Made by a program: the position numbers and the translations under genes. From Myxococcota bacterium (GTDB lineage Bacteria; Myxococcota; UBA4151), in the NCBI GenBank assembly GCA_036338695.1, contig JAYZBQ010000098.1, positions 59 to 64,058 on the forward strand: a DNA stretch of 64,000 nt, in the 5' to 3' direction. Under the pieces are notes generated by a model. The model did no database searches. It saw nothing but the letters and a program-made list of their open reading frames with translations, and was not told the origin of the DNA. This document shows positions 47,145-55,930 of the stretch, in pieces (positions within the stretch are counted from its first letter, which is position 1; each line of letters begins with the position of its first letter).

Positions 47145-48052
47145 TGTTTCGACAAGCCGTCTACGTCTCGACGGAGCTGACCGAGCAGCCTTTCTTTGCC
47201 TCGGCGCTTCGTATGATGGGCTGGTCCTTGGTGCCGTATGCCCAACTCGACCATGCGTTGAACCACTTCCAGAAGAACCGCGCCGACGCGCTGATCCTGC
47301 ATGCGCCGATCGCTGGGATTGAGCTGTCGCAGCCGCTGGTCGACCGGATCCAGCGAGCGGCGGACACCAAGATCGTGATTCTCGGCTCCGATGAGCTGCG
47401 AGATACACGCACTCAGCGCGTCGTCCCCGACCCCGTGACCGCCGCGGAGCTCGCGAGCTCGTTGTCCGCTCTGTGCCCAACCGAGGGCAAAGTGATCCTC
47501 CATGACCTGCTGCGCAGCGAGACCTTCGAGGGCTTTACCCAGGAGGCGGTCGGCTACCTCTTGAGCCGGGCGGCAGCGACGCAGTGGCACGCAGGGCAGG
47601 TCCTGTTTGAGCGCGGTGACCCGGGTGACAGCATGTTTTTCATCCTCACCGGGAGTATGGAGATCACGCTCGACGGTCACTCGCTGGTGACGCTCGGCAC
47701 GGGGAGCCTCTTTGGTGAGATGGCGATGCTGCAAGGCACTCAGCGCAGCGCCACGGCGACCGCTCAAGAGCCGACGGTGCTCTTGGAGGTCCCTGCGGAG
47801 GTCGTCGAGCAGGCGGACGCCGAGTTCCGCGCCGTCTTGTTTGAGCTGATCAGCCGCACGCTCATGGGGCGGCTTGAAGAGTCGAACCGATTTGTCTCAA
47901 GCATCGAGGACGCCGAGCTGATCGAGATCGCTGAGGCGGACTCAGCCGTGGTCCACGAGGCGGCGCCGGTGATCACCTCGGAGCCTGTCGAGTCCCCGGT
48001 GATTCATGAGCCGGCGTTCGACGGTGAGGTGTTCGAGGCGGAGCCGATCTAG
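47144..48052 (+). CDS. Cyclic-nucleotide-binding domain protein with an N-terminal receiver-like (apparently non-phosphorylatable) domain
   Basis: cNMP-binding motif GDPGDSMFFILTGSMEI...GSLFGEMAML...RSATATA. The start overlaps the tpm stop (TGATG). Confidence 0.75.
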   Translation: MFRQAVYVSTELTEQPFFASALRMMGWSLVPYAQLDHALNHFQKNRADALILHAPIAGIELSQPLVDRIQRAADTKIVILGSDELRDTRTQRVVPDPVTAAELASSLSALCPTEGKVILHDLLRSETFEGFTQEAVGYLLSRAAATQWHAGQVLFERGDPGDSMFFILTGSMEITLDGHSLVTLGTGSLFGEMAMLQGTQRSATATAQEPTVLLEVPAEVVEQADAEFRAVLFELISRTLMGRLEESNRFVSSIEDAELIEIAEADSAVVHEAAPVITSEPVESPVIHEPAFDGEVFEAEPI

Positions 48053-49221
48053 GGGAGCTTGCTGAAGCGGGCGAGGTCGCGCGCCATGTTCTTCTGGTGC
48101 GCTTCGATCGTTCCGCCGCCGATCTCGAGCAGCTTGGCGTCGCGCCAAAGCCGCTCCACCTTGTATTCCGACATATAGCCGTAGCCGCCGAGCACCTGAA
48201 TCGCTCGATCGGCGACGTTCTTGCCCGCGGTTGAGGCGAAGAGCTTGACCCCGTCGCTGTCGATGCGCTGACCCGACTCGCCCAGCCCGAGCTCGGCGGC
48301 GGTGGCGTAGACGTAGGTCTTCGCCGCCATATAATCCGCGTAGCTCTCGGCGATGTGCCGCTGGATCTGGCCAAAGTCACGCAAGGGGCGCCCGAAGCTT
48401 TTTCGGTCGCTCGCGTATTGGTTCATGATCTCGACGCAGCGGCGCGCCAGCCCGACGCTCATCGCCGCCAGCGTGACCCGCTCGATCTCGAGGTTGCGCA
48501 TCATCGAGAGCATGGCGCCGCCTTCGGTACCCACGAGGTTGGCAGCCGGCACCCGGCAGTTGTCGAACACCAGCTCGGCGGTCGACGACGCGCGCATCCC
48601 GAGCTTACCGTGCAGGCGTTGACCCAGCGCAAACCCGGGGGTGCCCTTCTCGACCAGAAAGAGGCTGACGTCGCTGCGACCGCCGCCGGTGCGCGCATAG
48701 ACCAGGAAAATGTCCCCGAGCTCTTGGTCGTTCAAGGCGCCGTTCGTGATCCACATTTTGGCGCCGTTGAGGATGTAATGGTCCCCGTCACGTTGCGCCG
48801 TCGTTTTCATGCCGAGTACGTCGGTGCCTGCGCCCGGCTCGCTCATCGCCATCCCGCCGATGAGGGTGCCGTCACAGCTCCCCGGAAGGTAGCGGCGTCG
48901 CTGCTCGTCGTTCCCGTTGACGTTGAGGTTGTTCGCAAAGAGCATCGAGTGCGCAAGGTAGGCGAGGCAAAGCCCGGGGTCGGCTGCCGAGAGCTCCTCA
49001 TGGACGATGACCGCCGCGGTGGCGTCGAAGCCGCTTCCGCCGAACGCCTCATCGACGGTGACACCGAGCAAGCCGAGCTCGCCAAGCTGGCGAAACAGCG
49101 GCACGTTGAAGGCTTCGTTTCGGTCGTATTCTTCGGCTTGCGGGTCGACCTCAGCCTCGGTGAACTGGCGCACCATCTGCCTGAGGGCGAGGTGGTCTTC
49201 GGTGGGGTTGAACAACTTCAT
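48049..49221 (-). CDS. Isovaleryl-CoA dehydrogenase-like acyl-CoA dehydrogenase
   Basis: GGMAMSEPGAGTDV, ILNGAKMWITNG, and LLEIGGGTIE (Gly at the MCAD catalytic-Glu position, as in IVD). Confidence 0.82.
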   Translation of the reverse strand: MKLFNPTEDHLALRQMVRQFTEAEVDPQAEEYDRNEAFNVPLFRQLGELGLLGVTVDEAFGGSGFDATAAVIVHEELSAADPGLCLAYLAHSMLFANNLNVNGNDEQRRRYLPGSCDGTLIGGMAMSEPGAGTDVLGMKTTAQRDGDHYILNGAKMWITNGALNDQELGDIFLVYARTGGGRSDVSLFLVEKGTPGFALGQRLHGKLGMRASSTAELVFDNCRVPAANLVGTEGGAMLSMMRNLEIERVTLAAMSVGLARRCVEIMNQYASDRKSFGRPLRDFGQIQRHIAESYADYMAAKTYVYATAAELGLGESGQRIDSDGVKLFASTAGKNVADRAIQVLGGYGYMSEYKVERLWRDAKLLEIGGGTIEAHQKNMARDLARFSKLP

Positions 49222-49323
49222 CGCGCAGGGTCCTCGCTCGTCAGTAAGCGCCGCCTAGCACAGCATTGCCTCCGCCCCAACAACGACCTTTGCGATCGAT
49301 TATTTCGCCACCCTCTGCCGCGC

Positions 49324-50337
49324 TTAGGCGGCGGGGAGTCGACCAGCGAGGACCTCGGAGAGCGGCTCAGTGGTCTCAAAGCGCGCCAAGATGATCTTGA
49401 GGATCGCCGTGATCGGGGCGGCTAGAAGCATCCCGACGATGCCCCAGATGAGCCCCCAAAAGATGAGCGCCAAGAGGATCGTCAGCGGGTGGAGGTCGAG
49501 CCCTTCGCCCATGAGGCGCGGCTCCACCGCGTTGCCGATCGTCATCTGGACTGCGCCAGGGAGCACCGTGACGGCGACAATGGTGAGCGTGGAGTCGAAT
49601 TGAACGAGCGCCATCGGCAGCGGCAGCAGGGTGGCGATGATCGAGCCGACGGAGGGGATGAAGTTGAGCACGAAGGCGAGGAAGCCAAAGAGGAGGGCGA
49701 GCTCGAGCCCAAAGAGCCACAAGATGAGCCCCACCACGACGCCGGTGACCGCTGACGTGGCGACCTTGGTCATGAGGTAGCGCCGGATCTTGATGTCCAT
49801 CTCGCCCCACAGTCCGCTGCGCTCTTCGTGCGCTTTGCGCCCAAGGATCAGGTAGATGGTAAAAATCTGGACTAAGATCGCCGTCGTCACCACGTTGAGG
49901 ACGCCGCCTGCCGTGTTTTGCAGCAGCGACATGACGGGAATGCGCCTGAGCGCACGGAGCAGGTCCTCTTTTTTGTGGAAGTCAAAACCGAACCCGGCGG
50001 CGATGCCAAAGAGACGATCGACCAACCCGACGAGGCGGTCCTTGTAGAGGTCGGCGTTCTCGACCAGGCCACCGACGGAGGTGAACAAAATGATGCTGAT
50101 CAAGCCGAGGATGACGGCGATGGTACAAAATGCGGTCAGCAGCGCAGCCCAGCGCGGTGCCCGCAGCTGAACCTGTAAGCCGTCCACCAAGGGCGCGACC
50201 AAGTAGGCGAGCATCAACGCGAGGACAAAGGGTACGAGGACCGGCCTCATCCAGTGCAGCGCAAAGCCGCCAGCGACCGCTGCGAGCACGAGCAGCGAGA
50301 CGGTGTTGAGTCGATTCTGTTCGAGCGTTGCGCCCAT
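49324..50337 (-). CDS. AI-2E family transporter (PerM-like permease)
   Basis: Polytopic protein. The start is taken at MGATLEQNRLNTVSLLVLAAV (ATG at 50337). Family layout with FIPSVGSIIATLLPLPMAL. Confidence 0.72.
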   Translation of the reverse strand: MGATLEQNRLNTVSLLVLAAVAGGFALHWMRPVLVPFVLALMLAYLVAPLVDGLQVQLRAPRWAALLTAFCTIAVILGLISIILFTSVGGLVENADLYKDRLVGLVDRLFGIAAGFGFDFHKKEDLLRALRRIPVMSLLQNTAGGVLNVVTTAILVQIFTIYLILGRKAHEERSGLWGEMDIKIRRYLMTKVATSAVTGVVVGLILWLFGLELALLFGFLAFVLNFIPSVGSIIATLLPLPMALVQFDSTLTIVAVTVLPGAVQMTIGNAVEPRLMGEGLDLHPLTILLALIFWGLIWGIVGMLLAAPITAILKIILARFETTEPLSEVLAGRLPAA

Positions 50338-50509
50338 GATCCACCTCTCAGCAGAGTCAGCAGCTCTTGATTGGAGCAGATTCGCGGGCTCGACAAGGTC
50401 CTTGCGGCGCTGCCCGTCGGTTTGCGGGCTTCTCAGACCAAGGGGTGGAAAGCATGGTCTTTTCAGAAGTGTGCGCACCGGCGGCGCCGGCTCGGTTGAC
50501 CCAAGGCGG

Positions 50510-50523
50510 TAGAACGCGTTCTA
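50510..50523. promoter_or_regulatory. Perfect 14-bp palindrome TAGAACGCGTTCTA upstream of the P450 gene (putative operator)
   Basis: Read directly. It lies 24 nt upstream of the P450 ATG and just downstream of a TTGACC hexamer (50496-50501). Confidence 0.3.
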
Positions 50524-50546
50524 GTGTGCGCTCAGGAGCGACGGCG

Positions 50547-51869
50547 ATGCCCTCAGCGCAAGCGAAGAAACATCTCGCGCAGATCCCGGGGAGCGACAGC
50601 TTCTTTGAGCTCTTAGCGCTCAATCGAGACCCGGTTCGCTTTTTTCATGAGCGTTACGACGCGCACGGGCAGGTCTTTCGGACACGCTTTGTGTATCCGG
50701 TGGTGTTTCTGATCGGCGCCGAGGCGAACCGCTCGATCATGATCACCAATCGCTCCAAATTTAGCTTTGGAAGAGGGTATCACCAGACATCAATCCGGCG
50801 GGTCTTTGACGGCTCGATCATGCTGCAAGATGGCGCTGACCACGCCCGCACGCGGGGCATCCTGCAGCCGGCGGTCGACCGCTTGGCGCTCAAGCAGAGC
50901 GTCACCAAGATCGGTGAGCTCTGGCAGGAGATGGCGGATATCTTGGCGGATGGCCGTTGGTACGATTGTTACGACGCCGGTCAGCGCACGACCTACCGGG
51001 TGGCGGGTCACGCCCTGATCGGGCTCGAGACCCGCGCCGAGGCCGAGGCTTTGCACGCGGACTTCGCAACCCTGATGCGCGGGCTCATGGCGCCCGTACC
51101 GATCGCTTTTCCGATGAGCAACCTGGCGCGAGCGCTCGCTGCGCGTGAGCGCCTGGTTCGGGCGCTCGAGCCGCGCATTGAGGCCGCCCGAGCGCGTGCG
51201 CCGGATGGGATGTTGGACCTGTTGGCTCACCATGGGCTCGACGACGGCGATGCGCTGACCGTGCGCGAGGTCGCCGAGCAGGTGCTGCTCCTCTTTTGGG
51301 CAGGGTACGACACGACGGCGAGCTCGGTCTCGTGGTTCTTCCATGTGCTGGCGCGACACCCGGCGCTTCAGGCGCGTATCGCTGCCGAAATGGAGGCTGT
51401 CGTCGGCGAGGACATCGGTGAGATCATGAGCGCCAAGCTGCCGGTCACGGACGCCTTCGTGCGCGAGATCGAGCGTATGTATCCGTCGGTCCTGTTCTTC
51501 CCGCGCATCGCCATGGAAGACATCGAGTTTAATGGGTTTACCATCCCCAAAGGGACGCCGACTTTTTATTCGCCTTATATGAGCCATCATGACCCGCTGA
51601 GTTTCGAGCGTCCTGATGAGTTCGACCCGGAGCGTTGGCTCCATGAGGACAAAGCCCAGCGCCCGAAAGCGAGCCTGCTGGTAGGGTTTGGGACAGGGCC
51701 GAGGACCTGCCTGGGTAAGCCCTTTGCCGTGGTTCAGTTTCGCATCCTGTTGCACCAGCTGCTCAGGCGTTTCGTGATCGAGCCGGACCCCGACTGCCAG
51801 CCGACGGTCATGGGGCTGCCTATTCATCACCCCGTCGGCTCTAGGGTGCGGTTCATCCCGCGCCGCTGA
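50547..51869 (+). CDS. Cytochrome P450
   Basis: Heme loop FGTGPRTCLGKPFA, I-helix AGYDTTAS and an ExxR motif. AGGAG lies 8 nt before the ATG at 50547. Confidence 0.9.
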   Translation: MPSAQAKKHLAQIPGSDSFFELLALNRDPVRFFHERYDAHGQVFRTRFVYPVVFLIGAEANRSIMITNRSKFSFGRGYHQTSIRRVFDGSIMLQDGADHARTRGILQPAVDRLALKQSVTKIGELWQEMADILADGRWYDCYDAGQRTTYRVAGHALIGLETRAEAEALHADFATLMRGLMAPVPIAFPMSNLARALAARERLVRALEPRIEAARARAPDGMLDLLAHHGLDDGDALTVREVAEQVLLLFWAGYDTTASSVSWFFHVLARHPALQARIAAEMEAVVGEDIGEIMSAKLPVTDAFVREIERMYPSVLFFPRIAMEDIEFNGFTIPKGTPTFYSPYMSHHDPLSFERPDEFDPERWLHEDKAQRPKASLLVGFGTGPRTCLGKPFAVVQFRILLHQLLRRFVIEPDPDCQPTVMGLPIHHPVGSRVRFIPRR

Positions 51870-51878
51870 GGAGACTCT

Positions 51879-52994
51879 ATGCGCACCCCTTTGTGTGATG
51901 ACCTTGGAATTCAATACCCTATTTTTGGCTTTACCCCCTCACCCGAGGTCGCCGTCGCCATCTCGAAGGCTGGTGGCTTGGGCGTGCTCGGGACGATTCG
52001 GTACACCCAGTCGGAGGAGCTCGAAGAGGCGCTGACGTGGATGGATGAACAGCTCGGCGGCCTCCCCTATGGAGTCGACGTCGTGATCCCGCACAAGATC
52101 ATGGAGGCGGGGCAGCAGCGAGAGCTCGAGCAGATGATCCCTGAGCACCACCGTCAGTTTGTCGAGCAGGTGCTCGCCAAGCACGGAGTCGCCGAGCTCG
52201 ACGCGTCGGGGCGCGCCCAAGCGATCACAGGCTGGATGCACGACCAAGCTCTTGGTCAGGTCGAGGTGGCCTTTAGGCATCCGATCAAGTTCATTGCGAA
52301 CGCCCTGGGCGCGCCGCCGCCCGAGGTGATCGCCCAAGCGCGTGCGCTCGGGATCAAAACCGCTGCGCTCGCCGGCAAGCCCAAGCATGCGCAGCGCCAC
52401 CGGGACGCCGGGGTCGATTATGTCGTGGCGCAAGGTCACGAGGCAGGGGGACACTGCGGCGAGGTGACGACCATGGTTCTCGTGCCTGAGATCGTCGATG
52501 CGGTGCATCCGACGCCCGTCCTCGCTGCGGGTGGGATCGGCTGTGGACGCCAAGCCGCCGCTGCCATGGCGCTCGGTGCGCAAGGTGTGTGGCTCGGCAG
52601 CCTCTGGCTGACGTCAGAGGAGTACAAGCTCGAGCCTCAGACCGAGCGCGGCATGTCGATCGTCCAAGAAAAGCTGATCGCCGCCAGCTCATCCGATACG
52701 GTTCGATCACGCGTCATCAGCGGCAAGCCGGCGCGGATGCTCAAAACCGAGTGGACCGAAGCCTGGGCCGCGGAAGGCTCACCCGGGACCTTGCCGATGC
52801 CGCTGCAAGGGATGTTGGTCGCCGAGGCTGAGGCGCGCATCCGCGGGCACCAGAGTCAGGCTCTGCTCGGCTCTCCGGTCGGTCAGATCGTCGGCCGGAT
52901 GAACGCGATCGAGCCGGTCGCTAAGCAGATCGGCGACCTCGTGTCCGAGTTTGAAGAGACCGTCGCTCGGATGCGAGACCTCGGCACACCCTAG
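51879..52994 (+). CDS. Nitronate monooxygenase / FMN-dependent (NMO, FabK-like) oxidoreductase
   Basis: LGIQYPIFGFTPSPEVAVAISKAGGLGVLG...VVAQGHEAGGH...AAGGIG. Confidence 0.8.
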   Translation: MRTPLCDDLGIQYPIFGFTPSPEVAVAISKAGGLGVLGTIRYTQSEELEEALTWMDEQLGGLPYGVDVVIPHKIMEAGQQRELEQMIPEHHRQFVEQVLAKHGVAELDASGRAQAITGWMHDQALGQVEVAFRHPIKFIANALGAPPPEVIAQARALGIKTAALAGKPKHAQRHRDAGVDYVVAQGHEAGGHCGEVTTMVLVPEIVDAVHPTPVLAAGGIGCGRQAAAAMALGAQGVWLGSLWLTSEEYKLEPQTERGMSIVQEKLIAASSSDTVRSRVISGKPARMLKTEWTEAWAAEGSPGTLPMPLQGMLVAEAEARIRGHQSQALLGSPVGQIVGRMNAIEPVAKQIGDLVSEFEETVARMRDLGTP

Positions 52995-52999
52995 CTAGC

Positions 53000-53875
53000 T
53001 CAGCCGATCAGTGAGAACGCCGACTCTGGATCCTCGAGGACACGCCTGAGGTGCTCCAGCCCGCCGCGTGCCGAGAGCCCATCTTCAATGCGCTCGTCAA
53101 AGCTCCAGCGGATCGGCAGGACCTGTGCCGTGGTGACCTCGCCGTTGCGCACGACCACGCGCTCCTCGATGGCGCCAACGCCCATAAAGAGCGGGCAGTT
53201 ACCCCACTCGTAGAGGTGATGATAGGGTGCCGACATGTTAAGGCTGCCGAGGTTGGCGATAAACACCGAGGTGTAGAGCGCATCGCCCGCAACAAAAAAT
53301 CGGGGCAGAAGGTTGTAGTGGTCGAGCCAGCGCACCCCGGCGACCGCCGCTGACAGCAGCGGACGCGGCAGCCGCGTCAAGAGACCGAACTCGGCGTCGG
53401 CGGCGGTCCGCTCGCCGCTGCGTTGATGATGGATGAGCTGATCGACTTGCTGCGCCGTGGCGGCAAGCGAGGCGTTAGCCTCGAGCTCGAGCTTGACCAC
53501 GGCGACCTTGGACGCTGCGTCGAGCTTGGCGCGCTTCATCGAGAAGGTGATGTGACGCCCCCGCCGCTGGTATAGACGCTTTCCCGCAACGAACCGGTTC
53601 AGGTTTGGGTGCGCTCTGAGCGCATCGCCCGCAGCGGCGACGAGCAGGTGCGTCAAGGTGATGCCTCGGGCGCGGTAGCGCTCGAGAAACTCGAGCAATT
53701 TCTCGGCTCGCAGATCGGCGTCCAAATAGACGGTGGACTCGGTGCGCGACCGCATGACGAAAGCCATCAGCCGCCGGTAGGGGTGAACCTTGGCGATCAG
53801 GTCACCGTCCGGGCGACTCAGCTTACCATTCAATAGCGTCCACAGGGTGGCGAGCGCGGCGATCAAGGCGATCAT
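53000..53875 (-). CDS. 2-oxoacid dehydrogenase E2 / CAT-like acyltransferase catalytic-domain protein (no lipoyl domain; atypical active-site motif)
   Basis: The fold-typical C-terminus reads SFDERIEDG where E2 enzymes have DHRxxDG. GGAGG lies 5 nt before the ATG at 53875. Confidence 0.55.
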   Translation of the reverse strand: MIALIAALATLWTLLNGKLSRPDGDLIAKVHPYRRLMAFVMRSRTESTVYLDADLRAEKLLEFLERYRARGITLTHLLVAAAGDALRAHPNLNRFVAGKRLYQRRGRHITFSMKRAKLDAASKVAVVKLELEANASLAATAQQVDQLIHHQRSGERTAADAEFGLLTRLPRPLLSAAVAGVRWLDHYNLLPRFFVAGDALYTSVFIANLGSLNMSAPYHHLYEWGNCPLFMGVGAIEERVVVRNGEVTTAQVLPIRWSFDERIEDGLSARGGLEHLRRVLEDPESAFSLIG

Positions 53876-53897
53876 AACATCCTCCGTGAGCGGTTCA

Positions 53898-55229
53898 TCA
53901 GTTGCGTACGCTTGCGAGGACGCGCCTGACCACACCGTCGAGCACGATGTGCGCGCCGTCGTTTTTCATCTCGCGCAGGATCCGCGGTCGATCGGTCAAC
54001 CAATACAAAAGGTTCTCTTGAGGCGCGACGCCCATGCGCACGATCACCATATCCAAGGACGGGATCACCTCGACGACTTGGTTGCCCAGCCCGATCGCGA
54101 GGTACGCGTCGTCCGGCGCAAAGGGCTGCAGGACGTCGCCGCGCTCGGAAAAGTCGACCGAGTCGAGGGTAGGTGTTTCGCCGTTGAGCCACCACCAGTA
54201 GCCGTAGCCGCGGTTCATCTCAGTCGATGGGGTGAGGGCGCGAGCGTGGAAGTCTTCGCTGAGGATTTCTTGGCCGTCCCAGCAGCCGTTGCGCAGGTAC
54301 ATATAGGCAAACTTGGCGTGATCACGGCAGGTCGCAGAGACGTTCATGTACATCGCCGGGTTGCCGCTGCGGTCGCGCTGCCAGGTCGCCTGCATCCCGA
54401 GCGGCTCAAAGAGGTGGGTCTGAGCGAATTCGTCCGCCGCTTGACCTGTGGCTTGGCGCAGGATCGGCTCGATGAGCTGGACGGTGTGGTTGTTGTATTC
54501 CCAGAGCTGCCCCGGCGGGTTGGTGACGGGGTTTCTGAGCGCCAGGCGCGTCATGTTTCGGGCGAAGAACATCCCTGCGTTGTCGCGGTTTAGGTCAAAG
54601 CGGACGCCTGAGCTCATGCTCAGGACGTCGTGGATCGAGATGCGCTCTTTGACCGTCCCCTCAAAGGCAGGGATGTACTGGGCGATGGAGTCGTCGAGGC
54701 TTTCGATCAAGCCACGGTCCAGCGCGAGCCCTGTGACGGTCGCGGCGTAGGATTTACCGACCGACCACGACTTGATCGGGTTGTCTTGATCCATGCGCCG
54801 ACCGTTGTTGCGACCCCAGTACCACTCGCCCACGATCGAGCCCGAACGGATCACGACGAGGCAGCGGCTAAAGTTCGCGCCGGCGTAGTCGGCTGCGTGC
54901 TCGAGCGCACGGTGGTCCATGCCGTGTTCCTCGGGACGAGCGACCGGCCAATCGGGGACAGGGTAGGGCTGGTCATCATCGCAGCGGTGACGCGCTGGCT
55001 CCACCGGTGCAGGCGGCTCGGGCGCCGCGTCAGCGGGCGTGTCGGCTTCGTCGGGGCTTGCGTTCGGCTCATCGGAAGCCGGCGGCTGGATCGGCACCAA
55101 AGGGGCACGCTCCGGCGTTAAGGCGTTTTCTTGATCCACCTGCCAGGCGACGGGTTCGGCGTCTCCGCAGCCTGTAAGGACGACGAGGAGCGCGGTCAGA
55201 ATTTTTCTGTTTTGGGTCGCTTGCGTCAT
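53898..55229 (-). CDS. Serine hydrolase (beta-lactamase/PBP4-type family) lipoprotein
   Basis: Lipobox LLVVLTGC. SxxK in KSWSVGKSY. GGAGGG precedes the ATG at 55229. Confidence 0.75.
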   Translation of the reverse strand: MTQATQNRKILTALLVVLTGCGDAEPVAWQVDQENALTPERAPLVPIQPPASDEPNASPDEADTPADAAPEPPAPVEPARHRCDDDQPYPVPDWPVARPEEHGMDHRALEHAADYAGANFSRCLVVIRSGSIVGEWYWGRNNGRRMDQDNPIKSWSVGKSYAATVTGLALDRGLIESLDDSIAQYIPAFEGTVKERISIHDVLSMSSGVRFDLNRDNAGMFFARNMTRLALRNPVTNPPGQLWEYNNHTVQLIEPILRQATGQAADEFAQTHLFEPLGMQATWQRDRSGNPAMYMNVSATCRDHAKFAYMYLRNGCWDGQEILSEDFHARALTPSTEMNRGYGYWWWLNGETPTLDSVDFSERGDVLQPFAPDDAYLAIGLGNQVVEVIPSLDMVIVRMGVAPQENLLYWLTDRPRILREMKNDGAHIVLDGVVRRVLASVRN

Positions 55230-55252
55230 AGTGGGGTCCCTCCGTAGTTTCA

Positions 55253-55278
55253 GTTTAGTTACCAAGTGGTAAGTAAAC
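55253..55278. promoter_or_regulatory. 26-bp near-perfect palindrome, putative TetR operator
   Basis: GTTTAgTTACCAagTGGTAAgTAAAC lies in the 66-bp divergent intergenic region between the serine hydrolase operon and the TetR gene. Confidence 0.6.
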
Positions 55279-55295
55279 GTCAATAGGACGATCGT

Positions 55296-55892
55296 ATGGC
55301 ACGACCCAAGAGTGACCCTGAGGTGATGCGACAGCGCATTTTGGATGCCGCCGAGCAGCTGATCGTCGAGCACGGCGCCAAGGCGGTGACCCTGCGCCAG
55401 ATCGCTAAGAAGGTCGGCGTCTCGCACCCTGCGGTGCTTTATTATTTCGACGGGCTGCCGGCGCTGATTGAGGCGCTGCAGCAGCGAACCGCTCGAGCGC
55501 TCCGCACCACGCTGCTCAGCCAACTCTCAGACGTCGGCGCGCCCGGGGTACGGACATCGGTTGCTGGCGCGATGGAAGAGCTTGCGCAGCCGCAAAAAGG
55601 CGCGGTGTTGGCGTGGTTGATCGCCGAGGGGCGGATGCCCTTTCCTGCCGCCGAGGAGCGCGGGCTTAGGGCGGTGGTCGATCGTTTGGTGCAGGCGACG
55701 CCTCATGAGCGAGCATCGATCGAGAGCGCCGTCGAGCTGGTCGTGCTGGCGAGCATTGGCGAAGCCCTCGTCGGGCCCGCTGTGCGTGCGCGGCTGGCGC
55801 GAGAGGGAGAGGTGCCGGCGTGGTCCGAGCGTTTGATGGCGATCGTGACGTCGTACCTTGCGAGCCAGGATGAGCCGACCTCGTCGACTTGA
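55296..55892 (+). CDS. TetR family transcriptional regulator
   Basis: N-terminal HTH RILDAAEQLIVEHGAKAVTLRQIAKKVGVSHPAVLYYF. Confidence 0.9.
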   Translation: MARPKSDPEVMRQRILDAAEQLIVEHGAKAVTLRQIAKKVGVSHPAVLYYFDGLPALIEALQQRTARALRTTLLSQLSDVGAPGVRTSVAGAMEELAQPQKGAVLAWLIAEGRMPFPAAEERGLRAVVDRLVQATPHERASIESAVELVVLASIGEALVGPAVRARLAREGEVPAWSERLMAIVTSYLASQDEPTSST

Positions 55893-55930
55893 CCGCCGGC
55901 GCGCTGAAGGCATGAGGCCACCTGAGCGCC

